Assembly (NCBI RefSeq): GCF_018350175.1
Contig: NC_058368.1
Location: 179,740,001 to 179,804,000, forward strand
Length of the DNA stretch: 64,000 bases
DNA from: Felis catus
Lineage: Eukaryota
Reading direction: 5' to 3'
Shown here piece after piece: positions 49,014 through 60,325 of the stretch. Position numbers and translations under genes: made by a program. Below the pieces are notes generated by a model, which had not been told where the DNA came from, did no database searches, and worked only from the letters and a program-made list of their open reading frames with translations. The first letter of the stretch is position 1; each line of letters opens with the position of its first letter.

Positions 49014-49570
49014 TGTATCAGGCAGGGTGTCTTTGGGTGCAAGTAACAGAGCAGTCCCCACTCAAATTAGTTTTAGTAAGGTAACGTGCACAAGTTTCCC
49101 TTTTCTCTGGAAGTTCACCTTATGCCACATCACTTTTACGGAAGACCTACGTTCATACCTGCTTTTGCTAAAGAAACAAAATCCAAAGAGGATTTTCACT
49201 TTTACAAAATGGTGTCTTCCTCTTTGCTTTATTCCACTTCAGCTTACAAAAGTGAGCTTTTGGTTCGCAGGGGACATCTGTATTTCACATGACGGAAGTC
49301 TTTAGGTGGGAGATACCCCAGGTGCAGGATGTTAGAGCTCCTGCTCTGCTTCTCTGTGGCTCTCTTGGTGCTCTGCCTTCCTCAGTGTGTTGACACCATC
49401 CTCTAATTAGGTCTTAGATGGCTATAGGACATCCCAGCCATCATGTCCTGATGCTTCAGTCCAGCAAGAAAAGGGGCCATCCCTTCTCTATGCCTTTCTC
49501 TTAGGGAACAAACTTCCTAGAAGCTCATTACTAGGCTTGCTTTCCCTGGAAACTTACCTCGGCCAGCCCA
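49014..49570. mobile_element. Old MaLR LTR (MLT1J/L-like) interrupted by a Tigger
   Basis: tctttgggtgcaagtaacagagcagtccccactcaaattagttttag..[insert]..ctctgccttcctcagtgtgttg..aacttcctagaagc. Confidence 0.6.
49088..49280. mobile_element. Internally deleted Tigger (TcMar) MITE
   Basis: gaagttcaccttatgccacatcacttttacggaagacctac..aaatccaaagaggattttcacttttacaaaa..cagcttacaaaag..ggggacatctg followed by TA. Confidence 0.7.
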
Positions 49571-50090
49571 CTGGTGATTTTTTTACAGCCATCTTTTCTT
49601 GGAAGTGGTGGTAAGAACACACCCATCCTCTTAGTGCTCTCTGTGATGTGACTAAGACATAGCTACCCATGACATCACCAAATTCATGTGGTGCAGCAGA
49701 AGGAACATGGGCTGTGTGGAGTCCGAGCTACATTTGAATCCCATTTTCACCCCTAAATAGATGTGTGACCTTGGTGAATGACTTACCTTCAGTGAGCATC
49801 ACTGCCCCTTGTGTAAAATATGAGGATGACCCACCGAGAACTTGGGAGAATTCAAGCATGGCACACAGTTCTGGGTAGACATAGCCCAGTCATTATTCCC
49901 TTTCCTTGTGTGCCTTTTTATTGAGTGGTTCTTGGCGCTAACTTGCTAGCTAGTTTGCACCATTCCTCCTAGGTATAGGTGTCCGTTTTGCAACCCTATC
50001 TTCTAATTACATGTATGGTATAAAACATAATTTAATTGAATGTATGCGCCTACAGCTATGTTTGATGTGAATGCATCATATATAGACATA

Positions 50091-50091
<1 letters not shown>

Positions 50092-50130
<39 letters not shown>
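50092..50130 (+). repeat. (TG)19 microsatellite
   Basis: read directly. Confidence 0.97.
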
Positions 50131-50134
<4 letters not shown>

Positions 50135-50227
50135 TATATGTACAGCACATATATCTTCAATCAACAGGTACATATTGAGGAGATATCTTAGGTTCCACGT
50201 TGTTCCAGGCACCCCAGTGTTCTGCTA

Positions 50228-50495
50228 TGGTGCTACTCAAAGCGTAGCATGCAGATTGGTGCCAGTTGATGAACTGTATGTTACTGGTCTGGGACAGAGA
50301 AGTACAGAAATTGAGAGTAAACATTTAGACACATCATACTTTGACACTGCTAAGACATCCGTACCCGTGTTCGTCCTTGTGATCCTTCATTTTGATCGTA
50401 TTCTCCAAAAGTACTGGTGCATGCCAGATTGAAAACTAAAACACAAACAAAACCAGCCAGCCCTTCGTGGAGTCACCAGAGGAGTTTGCTAGAAC
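50228..50495. mobile_element. hAT-Charlie MITE (MER5C-like)
   Basis: gtgctactcaaagcgt..gttactggtc..agtacagaaattgagagtaaacatttaga..tttgacactgc..agattgaaaa. Confidence 0.8.
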
Positions 50496-50539
50496 AGACA
50501 CGTGCTCAAGCTGCTCCCCGCCTGCCAGGTGCTGCAGTT

Positions 50540-51000
50540 TATTTGTGGAGTGAGAAGAGACCATTACACAAAGTCGTCAAACAACAATACAAAGACAACA
50601 GTGAAAAATAATGTCATGAGGCAGTCATAAATGATCCAGTGCCACACCAGTGGTCGCGATGACACTTGCCACAGATGTCCGTAGGGGGACGAGGTGTCGA
50701 AAAAGTCTTCCCTGAGCAGGTGGATTTGTTTTGATTTCCCCTGCATTGCGGGCCTCCTGTCAGGGTCTGCTCCGTCCCTTCTCACTCGACAGCCTGACGG
50801 GTTAATCTCCTGGTGAGCGAGGGCCTGTGAATGAAGCTGGATGGAGTTATATGTCAGCCTACAACGGGCACACTCTAAGTATCCCGCTTCATTTTCCTTG
50901 ACGGCGCTTTGATGTTAGCCTAAGACACGTCAGATTACAAGGGACGTCATGTCATGTGTCAAATCAGTGTTGGGGCTCCATCCTGACACTTTAATTAGTA
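50540..51000. promoter_or_regulatory. Candidate enhancer / conserved non-coding element
   Basis: no repeat recognised; about 17 CpG in 50570-50950; SOX, posterior-HOX, TCF/LEF and CRE-like motifs. Confidence 0.45.
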
Positions 51001-52563
51001 TGGGTGGAAGGAAAGGATGTATTGTTTTTCTGTTCCAAGGCAAAGACCCTAACACCCACTGAGAACTGTTAGGTTCTGCCCAAGCCCCTTTTAAAAACAC
51101 AGCCTGTACCCCCTAGGATAATGGCCACAGTGTCAAGCTAATGAAAAGAGCCCCCAGCCAGGAGATATAAACCTCCCTTGACTCCAGTCCACCAGCAACG
51201 CCTTGTGTGAGCTATGTCCCCCAAGTGTCCTGTTCAGTAACACAAATGCTTGTTAATTATTGACCTTGCAGGCTTCCCAGCCTTAAAAAGTAGCTACTAA
51301 TGCTTTCATATACTTCACAGGAGTATTAGCTGTTGAAATCATGCCTCTGACAGTGTGTCAGATGCCACAAATGATGCCAAATGGGGGGAGGGTAGGCTAT
51401 TGTGTGTGTGTGGCGGGGGGACGCCATTGGAGACCTTTGCTTTTAAGAACCATTGTCAATTACCAGCAGTTTACTCCACAGCTGGAAACACCTGCAAACA
51501 CCTTGCTTTGCTTGTGCCACTGCAAGCAAGTGGGGGTGTCAGAGTTCAGGGACGTACTCTATCCAGAAAAGTGCCCAGGCATGAACGTAGCCCTTTGCCA
51601 TTTGCGAACGTGGCCCTGAGTAATGAGAAACCTGCGCTTTGCTGTCTGCTCCCGGAAGAAGGTCGTCCAACTTAATACTGAGCGAAATCTCTGAACGTCA
51701 ATAAGCTGCATTCACTCTGACATCTAGACTCCTGTGTAATTAAGACCTCAGGTCTGGCGCTTGGTTTATCAGTGTGTCACTTCTCATTTACATAAGACTT
51801 TGGTTTTTCCCACATCTCTGCACAGACGCCGCCAAAAAAAATACTATTAACAATGAAAGGGCTGAGGATAGAGTTACACAGCCCATCGTGTCTTTAATCC
51901 CTGCTTAACATTTCCCTTAAAAAGAACATTGCCCTATTCGGAAATTAAACGCAATGTGTTAGATGTTCTTTATGGAGGGAGAAGGGAGGTGGATTTTCCA
52001 CTGCTTTATTTGGAGCTTGAAAACATCCGATTTCATGCCCTTTATTCAACTGTGAGGCAGAATCTGCTGCATAATTGGAGGGTGGTTTCTTCATCTCTCT
52101 TTTAGAAAACAACAGACTCTTCTCACCTCCCTGTAGCTGGATGCTAAAAACTCAGACAGGACTCAAAGATCCCCTAGGTGTGTTAATCTAGTTTTGTTTA
52201 TTCAGACTGAAGTCTGTTGGGGGAAACTGGATCCTACAAAGGAGAAAAGTGACTTCTGGGCTGCTGGAAACCATCCTTCCCTCCCCATGCAGCTTTCTCC
52301 GGGGCAAGGAGCAGTGGGGACCCAACACTTTGGATGCCTCCTCTTCCGACGTTAATGGCTGTGAGGCAGAGTTCATTGTTGCAACTCAAATGAGAAAAAG
52401 CGCATCCAAGAGAAGTTAGGGGACTCTCCCAAGACCACACGTGGAGTTGGTTATAGGACCTGGGAAATACTGCAGCCTCTACAGGCCTTTATTTGCATGC
52501 CAATATAATGTACTCATCTGCCAAATTAGGGGTAGGGAAAGGAGTCTAATAAAAAGGTACAGA

Positions 52564-52772
52564 GGGGCACCTGGGTGGCTCAGTCAGTTAAGCGTTGGAC
52601 TTCAGCTCAGGCCATGATCACACGGTTCATGAGTTGGAGCCCCACATCAGGCTCTCTGCTGTCAGCACAGAGTCTGCTTCAGGTCCTCTGTCCCCCTCTC
52701 CCTGTGCCCTTCTCCCACTTGCATTCTCTCTCTGTCTCTCTCAAAATAAACAAACAAACAAGTAACTTTTTA
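52564..52772 (+). mobile_element. CAN-SINE
   Basis: ggggcacctgggtggctcagtcagttaagcg..; TSD aaaaaggtacaga (52551-52563) / aagaaggcacaga (52773-52785). Confidence 0.95.
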
Positions 52773-52879
52773 AAGAAGGCACAGAGATAGGAGATTCTGG
52801 TTCATAGAACAGGATTCCAGGCCCTAAGATGTCTGTTTTAAGTAGCAAGCCACGAATAAAGGATGGAGACTTGGGCTTG

Positions 52880-53115
52880 CTTTCAAGGGTCCTCCATTCC
52901 AGCTCTGTCACTTCTACTGTGTGACCTTGGCCATGTCCCTACACCACTCTGGGCTTCAGATGCCTCATCTCAGAAGCAGATTATTATGGTGCCCCCTTTG
53001 CAACATTCCTATGAATACTAATGAAGTAATTCTCATAAACTACTTGGAGGAGTAACTGATGTAAACTTAGCTTTCAGTGAATATTGCCTATTAGTAGTAG
53101 CACTGCTACTGTTTT
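52880..53115 (+). mobile_element. MIR
   Basis: ttccagctctgtcacttctactgtgtgaccttggcca..ctctgggcttcagatgcctcatct. Confidence 0.7.
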
Positions 53116-53254
53116 TATCCAGATGGTTAGTCCCTTCTGAATGAGACAAAAACAGTGATTGACTCCACTGCTGCCAGATTTTCCCCATGTCTGTCCTCAA
53201 TATCTGGACAGTCCTAGGAGGCCCAGGCAGCCCTGGAAGGCACCCAAGAATCTA

Positions 53255-53415
53255 GGTCAGTTCTCAACCTGGGCCCTAATGAGAATTATCCCAGGGAACT
53301 TGGTAGTATACTGAGGGTCCCATGCCTGAAGATTTTTGTTTACTTGATCTGGGATCCAGCTGGGCATCAAGAGTTTTAAAAACTCTCCAGGTGATTCTAA
53401 CGTTAAGAACCCCTC
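53255..53415. mobile_element. MER5A-like MITE
   Basis: gttctcaacctgg..tgagaattatcccagggaactt..gggcatcaagagttttaaaaactctccaggtgattctaa..gttaagaaccc. Confidence 0.75.
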
Positions 53416-54009
53416 GGTTAGCAAAAGGCCCTATTAATTTTGATACTGAAAAAAGTCCCTGAAATATGAATGGTACAAGCTATTATTTCCCAAGTATAGT
53501 GTTTACTGCTGATGTTATGTGAGATCCTGATAGTTCAGATTATTTGTATGTTGATAGCCTTCCAACTATTTTAATGTGAATTAGGAATCGATATTTCACA
53601 AGTGATATTCTTGAGATTTAAATTCATTAAAGCTAAAAGTGGAAGGGAATATATATAAATTCAATTTAAATAAAATACCAAGTATCTTTATGCATTTATG
53701 GTTTAAAAGTATGACTTTAAAACATAAATGACTAAGGTTTGGGAGATATAGTATGAAGCAAGTATGGCTATAGTCATAATTCTGAGAAAATATGATAATT
53801 CTAAAGAATAAAATTGAGTAATTGTACAACTTTATCATTTGAAAAATTAAAGGTAGATTTATGGTGGAATATAATGAAACTCTGAACCCATCTAAGAACA
53901 CAAATTCCTTGGTGGCTAGTAACTTACTTTGGGGATGCAACTGGAGATAAAAATGTTATTCCATATTTACTCAGAACTATAATTATAATTACTGTGTATA
54001 TACTGACAT

Positions 54010-54260
54010 GGTTAATGATAATGGCATCCTGTATTTTAAGAATGCCTTACCATTTACAAAGTACTTGCACTTACATTATGTAATCGGATTGCCTGATAAC
54101 TTGCTGTGGTTGGGCTATTGGACCCTCATCACAGCTGGGGAAAATGAGGCCTAAGGGCTTGGTTAAATGGCCTGTGTCACGTTACAAATAAGATGTAATA
54201 GTGCAGGGCTGGGACCTTGTCATCCAAATCTAAGGTAGAACTTCTCATTTTTACCACTCT
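54010..54260 (-). mobile_element. MIR
   Basis: ttaccatttacaaagtacttgcacttacattat..gggaaaatgaggcctaagg..ggttaaatggcctg. Confidence 0.65.
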
Positions 54261-54269
54261 TGTTCTTCT

Positions 54270-54479
54270 TCTTTTTTTTTTTTTATTTATTTTTGAGACA
54301 GAGAGAGACGGAGCGTGAATAGGGGAGGGGCAGAGATAGAGGGAGACACAGAATCTGGAACAGGCTCCTGGCTCTGAGCAGCCAGCACAGAGCCCGACGC
54401 GGGGCTCGAACTCACGGACCGTGAGATCATGACCTGAGCCGAAGTCGGACACTCAACCGACTGAGCCACCCAGGCGCCC
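54270..54479 (-). mobile_element. Young SINEC_Fc-type CAN-SINE
   Basis: perfect 17-bp TSD accactcttgttcttct at 54253-54269 and 54480-54496; many CpGs intact. Confidence 0.97.
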
Positions 54480-54759
54480 ACCACTCTTGTTCTTCTAAAG
54501 TCTTGTCCATGTTGCCTGCTCTCTCCCTTCCACGTTAAATTATAAAATCTCCCAAGGGCATCTCTGTGACCGTGGATTTCCTTTCTGATAACTGGCTCCA
54601 CTCTCAAGAGCATCCAGTGTTACTTCCAGTATTAGAAATTAATTGGGCCAGTTAAGTTACATATATACAAAACCACCCTAATGAGGCTCCTAAAAGTCTC
54701 TTCGCTTTATACCCTTGACCAACCCCATTTTTTTTCCAGACAGTAGCCAAAATCGGACA

Positions 54760-55230
54760 AATGGACAGTAGCTGTCCATTTTGCTTTGCATAAATTCTAA
54801 GCCCTGCACCGCCTGACCCGTCTCCCATCTCCTGGCACTCTGGGCCAGCTCATGTCCTTGATATCCCTCAAACAGGCCACACTCTCGTTGCTTCATATCT
54901 AGACAATATGTTGTTTTGTGCAGCAGGAATGGTCTCCCTCTCCCTCTCTACCCTGCCGAGAAAGCCTCGCTTCAGTGTTGTCTCCACAAAGTGGAATTCT
55001 CTGACCTCCTAAGTGGATGAGATCCCCTCCCCCACCCTTACTCTTTCGTACAGCAGGCAGATCTTTCCTTCCTAGTCCTTATTATGATTTGGAATTATTT
55101 ATTGGTGTGAAGCTGCATGAGGGCAGGGAATCAGTCATCTTCATACTGGTTTTCTATTATTCTAGTTCAAACTCTAGCACGGAACTTAGTACATGGTAGT
55201 TGCCTAACAAATTTTGTTGAATTGATGAAC
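54760..55230 (+). mobile_element. L2 fragment including 3' end
   Basis: gtgaagctgcatgagggcagggaatcagtc..ctagcacggaacttagtacatggtagttgcctaacaaattttgttgaattgatgaa. Confidence 0.75.
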
Positions 55231-55989
55231 AGAATATGAAAAGGCTGTGGGGTAGCTTACCCTCTCTGAGGACAGGGCACAGTTTTCACCTCCCACACTG
55301 ACAGCAAGTTGGGAGGTCAGAAGTGTTTATAAGATCCTCAGGGCTGATCAGGGCCGCCTGCAACTGTACTATCCTGAAGCCACTGTCTATACCTGACAAG
55401 TACTACAAGCTGGGTACTTCATATAGGAAATGACAACCTGCCAGCAGCTTCCAAGCTGCTTTTTAAGGGAGAGAACATTCTAGTTAAACCAGGGTAGGAG
55501 ACCCAGAGCAATGCCAGCCCCACCCTTCCATGGCTCCCCTAGGAGTTCCCAAGGTGGCATATAAGAACCCTGCAGTTTTCAGAACACAATTTTAAAACCA
55601 TGCATCTAGTAGATAAATACAGCACCAGATGTTAAAAGTCTGTATTTTGTTCCCAATGATACCACTTTCTATTGCTGAGCCAGGAAGTTGCTTTTATTGG
55701 CCAACTTTTAGTTTCCTTACCATTATAATAGATATAATACTGCTTATCCTACTTGTTGGATTGTTTTGTAGACAAAATAAGAGAAAATGAAAATATTTTG
55801 AATAGGTAGAAGCACTTTATATTATTATTTGAGACTGAGTTACACAGATATGATGTCTTCTCTATAAAGGCTTTTAAATGAAGACACACTTATTTTCACA
55901 GATACAAAGGCGTCCCAAAGACATAAACACAGTGAAAGCACAAATGCATTATTCATTAGTGTTATGGATTTAGGTGGGTAGTCAGAAAG

Positions 55990-56260
55990 AAACAGTGTTC
56001 TATAGCAGGAAGGTCTTTGCCTGCGAATCAGGAGACCTGATTTTGAACCTACCTTGTCATCCAGTTGCTATCTGTGGGAATTTGATAGGTTATGTAACCC
56101 CTGGAAGCTTCTATAACCCCCATCTGTAAATTGCAGGGGGCCAAAGTGGGTGGGAAAGCGGAGAGGGGTAATGATATTACAGTAGTTTGGAGGATCCCGT
56201 GAAGCAAATAAGAAAGGCCTCTGGAAACAGCAGAGCGTCTTAGCAATGCAAGGCATTAGT
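55990..56260 (+). mobile_element. MIR
   Basis: gaatcaggagacctgattttgaacc..ggttatgtaacccctggaag..ccccatctgtaaa. Confidence 0.6.
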
Positions 56261-56989
56261 ATTATCCAAGCTCTTGCATTGCTTAGGCAAGGGGAAGTCA
56301 AGGAGTTGTCAGGGAAGGCTGCCCAGAATAGCAAGGGAGTACCAAGAGCGGCTTGCGTAATGACAGGGAGAGGCCAGGTCTAGCCAGAGAACGTGTGCTT
56401 CGGGCAAGGGAGCAGCCTGGGAGAGGGCTTATTTCCAAGGAGCTGGCAGGACCCAGCCAAGACGGTGAGTCGTCTCCCCTTCCCAGGAGCTGAAGTGGCT
56501 CCTAAAAGCTCTGGATTACAAGGCAGAGGACAGCATCCAGGTGGGCAGAATGTGTTAAAAGGATCCCAAGCACACTCAAGGATGTTTGTTTTTGATTGGA
56601 AGATAAGGATTAACTGGATTAATGGAGCCTCATGGATAGAGAATGTGCAGACGCTAATTACCCCTAAATTACAGTGGATTCCATTGGAATTGTGTATTCT
56701 CCTCTACAAGCCTAACTGCTGCCCCTCCTTCCCTCTCTCCCTTCCTCCCCACACAATGCTAAATGAACATGTCATGGTAACTGAGATGAAAGGCCTTGAA
56801 ATTTATTTTCCACTTCCCTCCAAGATCTCTTGTTTGCAAAATACAAGAGGAACTAGGTTACTAATCTAGTTTCAGTTTATTCCATACCAAAAAAAAAAAA
56901 AAAGTGTATTCCAGGGTCTCAAATTTCTGGAAGATTTTTTAAAGCCCTCTTTCCTTGTTATGTTTCTCTGCCACACCGATGGCCTAAAT

Positions 56990-57175
56990 AAGTGGTTCTC
57001 AGAGTTGAGTGTGCTTCAGAGTCACCTGGAGACCCTTTTGAAGCACATTCCTGGGACCTACCCCCAGACTTTCTGCTTCAGTTGTTCTTAGGAGGTCCCC
57101 CAAACTTGCATTTCCCACAAGTTTCCTGGGAATACTGATGGTGGTGGTCTAAAGACACACTTAAGAACCACTGAA
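56990..57175. mobile_element. MER5A MITE
   Basis: agtggttctcagagttgagtgtgcttcagagtcacctggaga..acccccagactttctgcttcag..ttgcatttc..cacttaagaaccactg; terminal inverted repeats visible. Confidence 0.85.
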
Positions 57176-57779
57176 CTAGGGAAAACGAAAGCATTTTGAA
57201 GAACCTGGTCAAAGGAAGAACAATGCAAACCTCAAAATCCTGGGGCTGCATTTCCTGGGAAATGGAGGTACAATCATTCAGAACTCAAAAACTATTTATT
57301 TCCTAAGTCAAATATGCATATTATCTTGGATGTTGTAAAGTCTGTAGGATAAATGTGCTTTTTTATGCATGGGGAATGCATAAAAGTCTGTAACTGGAGA
57401 AAGTTCTGGCTGGTGGCCTCCACCTGCTCCCCCCTTCACTCTGGTTTGCCCACTACCTCTCCTGTGGATTACTGTTGTCAAGAGTTTTTTGGCATCTCCA
57501 CAGCCATCACACCTCCAGACCCCTGAACATCCCCTCTGCCTTAACCTTGCCAATATGTGTTCAGTCCTGTTCCACATTTATTCATAGATCACTTCTTCTG
57601 TGCACCACTGGGTAAGGCTTGGGCTCCCTTCGCTAATGCCTTCAGAACTTTGCAAAGCACTGGACAGTGAATCAACAGATTTGGGGGTTCTGGTTCTGGC
57701 TTTGCATCTGTCTGGAAAGAACACTCTAAACCTCTGTGCATGATTTTACTCATCAATTAAAGGAGAAAGTCTAGCTAGA

Positions 57780-58176
57780 TTAGTGGTCCTTCCCCTTTAG
57801 GAGAAAATGAAAATTAAGTGTATAGACCTATTCCGGGAAAATGCACATATGCATGACATGCAAAGTGTTGCTTACAATTTTTAAGCTGCATAAATAATAG
57901 TATAGTAATAGCAAGCAATAATAATAGCTGGCATTTATCAAGTGTCAACTTTATGCCAGACACCGTGCAAAGCACTTTACATGTATTACCATATTTAATC
58001 CTCGCAACAACCCTGTGAGGGCATCAGGCCCAGTTTCTAGATGAGAAAATCATGGCAGCAGCAGGAAGGAATGCATCTCAGGTCACCTAGTAGTACGCAG
58101 CAGAAGGGAGACTTAAGGCAATTTACATTGTCCTGAAACTGATAAATGGTCCTCCGGGTTAAGAAGGGACCCTGTA
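57780..58176. mobile_element. hAT-Charlie MITE (MER117-like) split by a MIR
   Basis: tagtggtcctt..tagacctattccgggaaaatgcacatatgca..ttgcttacaattt [MIR] cctgaaactgataaatggtcctccgggttaagaagggaccctg. Confidence 0.55.
57905..58116 (-). mobile_element. MIR
   Basis: aataatagctggcatttatcaagtg..tatgccagacaccgtgcaaagcactttacatgtattaccatatttaatcctcgcaacaaccctgtgagg. Confidence 0.9.
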
Positions 58177-59219
58177 CTAGGTGGTATTTCAAGTTCCTGA
58201 AGCTCTGAAGTCCAAGTATTTGCATCTTGCCCCCAATTTTCCTAGTCCTGAGAACCAAACATCGGGGAATGACCCATGGTGTTCTCAAGGCTTTTATGCA
58301 TCAGAAGTGATCACGAAAGTTAGAATATAAAGGAGATTTGGGGTTCACGCTCGCAAAGCAAGTCACTTCTGTCCTTTGTGTCTGTCTTAAAAATGAATGC
58401 TTTCTTATCACGACTTCTAACCAGAGGCAGCCTCCTCTCAAGGCAAGGGGAAATACCCATCTCGGCTTGGGCAGGTCAGTGATGTGACAAGATAAAGGGC
58501 AGATCCTTAATGAAAACCACTCTGCCTCCTGCCAGCAAAGGAGTTTTCTTAGTGCATTTCAAGTCCACTAACACCTCTTCCCAGATCAATGGCTTTTCAT
58601 AAATGCACCAGGAGATCTTTGAACCACTAATGCTTCAGGGGCTGTTTAGGTTTGGAGTCAAACTGTTTAATATAACTCTCCACCAAGTCTGGCTCTATTG
58701 AAAGGTCTCAGGAAACAAGGCGGGGGGATGTATAAAAAGCAGAACTGCCATAGCCAAGTGACGTCCCCCCACCTAGGCCTCCTGTTTATACAAGCAAATT
58801 GGACCAGGCTGATTACTTACAGGAGGGGAAAAAAGGAATGAAATGACACATGGGTCATGGTAGAGAGTTGAGTGAAAAGGAATCAGATTAAAGATGCCTT
58901 TCGATTGGAGGGGAGCAATTCATTTGCTTGGGGATGGAGGGAGCCATTGATTGGCTTCATCAACAGATTAAGTCACCAACAGATTAAGCACTACAATGAA
59001 TATTGCGCTGTGCCAGGGAGGTGTGGGCCAGGCTTCCCAGTTCCTGGGAAAATGAGTGCCATTTTGTTTAAAACTTCTTCAAGCACTTAAGCTAAAGGAA
59101 GGATCTTTCCCAGAAGGTAGAGGACTGTCAGCATCAGGAGATATTATGCCAAAGGGCTGTCTTCCTTGTGTCTGTGCTATGCCCACACCTGCTTTCACAG
59201 AGCCCTTGGTGAGAGTGGT

Positions 59220-59445
59220 AATGAATAGTAATGGTAATAGTTGGTATTTCCTGAATGTCCCGGTCAGCACTGTGTTCTGTCTTTACCTCATCTAAACAGC
59301 ACAGCAGTCTTCTGAGGCGGATCTTCTGCTGTTACCCCACTTTTAGATGGGAAAACTAGGTCTCCATGCAGATAAACAACTTGATCAATGTCACATCCAT
59401 CTGGGATGGGAATCTAGATGATCTTGTCCACTTAACCACCTGTGT
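59220..59445 (-). mobile_element. MIR
   Basis: aatagttggtatttcctgaatg..ttaccccacttttagatgggaaaactagg..aacttgatcaatgtcacat. Confidence 0.75.
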
Positions 59446-59658
59446 CTATCTACCTGTGAGAACATGATCCACCATCATTGAATGTTTTGTTCATTTACTC
59501 CTGAAGATCTGGGACCTAGTGATTATTTCATGTATCACCTTGTTTAGACTTCAAGCCCTGTGAGGGCAGCGACCATGTGGTTCCTTTAAGTTATTTCCCA
59601 CCAGAGTTCCTGGTAGAGTAGAGACCTGATCCCTATCTTTTATCCTTGAAAAGTCACT

Positions 59659-59865
59659 TTTTTTTAATGTTTATTTATTTTTGAGACAGACAGAGATAGA
59701 GTGTGAGCTGGGGAGGGGCAGAGAGAGGAGACACCGAATCTGAAGCAGGCTTCAGGATCTGAGCTGTCAGCACAGAGCCTGATGCAGGGCTTGAACTCAC
59801 GAACTGCGAGATCATGACCTGAGCCAAAGTCGGGTGTTTAACCGACTGAGCCACCCAGGCACCCC
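59659..59865 (-). mobile_element. SINEC_Fc-type CAN-SINE
   Basis: TSD gaaaagtcact at 59648-59658 and 59866-59876. Confidence 0.97.
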
Positions 59866-60083
59866 GAAAAGTCACTCTTAACGCTACTTTAGAGTTTTAT
59901 GGATTTTTTGATATAATATTAATATAAAATCACCACATAAAATATTGCTTTAGGCACCAAAATTTTGGAAAGATAAAAAGGAGAAACCACAAGAGGTAAC
60001 AGTGATTAACATTTTGCTATACAGCCTTCTACTCTTTTATGTGTATAGGCACATAAAAACATACCTTAAGTAGGATTACACTA

Positions 60084-60325
60084 GGGGTGCCTGGGTGGCT
60101 CAGTTGGTTAGGCGACCGACTTTGGCTCAGGTCATGATCTCACAGTTTGTGAGTTCGAGCCCCACGTCGGGCTCTGTGCTGACAGCTCAGAGCCTGGAGC
60201 CTGCTTCAGATTCTGTGTCTCCCCCTCTCTGTACCCCTCCCCTGCTCACACTGTGTCCCTCAATAATAAATAAACATTTAAAAAATGTTTCTCTCAATAA
60301 TAAATAAACATTTAAAAAAATGTTT
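60084..60325 (+). mobile_element. SINEC_Fc-type CAN-SINE with duplicated tail, inserted in an old L1-like fragment
   Basis: TSD taggattacact at 60071-60082 and 60329-60340. Confidence 0.97.

Noticed and set aside
50564..50785. Minus-strand 73-aa ORF with hydrophobic C-terminus in the CpG-rich island
   Set aside because: Non-ATG start, no clear splice boundaries, no recognisable family; not excluded without PhyloCSF.
56088..56099. Near-palindromic D-box ggttatgtaacc
   Set aside because: Lies in the MIR core and is a few substitutions from its consensus; no supporting context.
56393..56869. 158-aa ORF and donor gacg|gtgagt at 56465
   Set aside because: No recognisable protein; upstream acceptor is weak.
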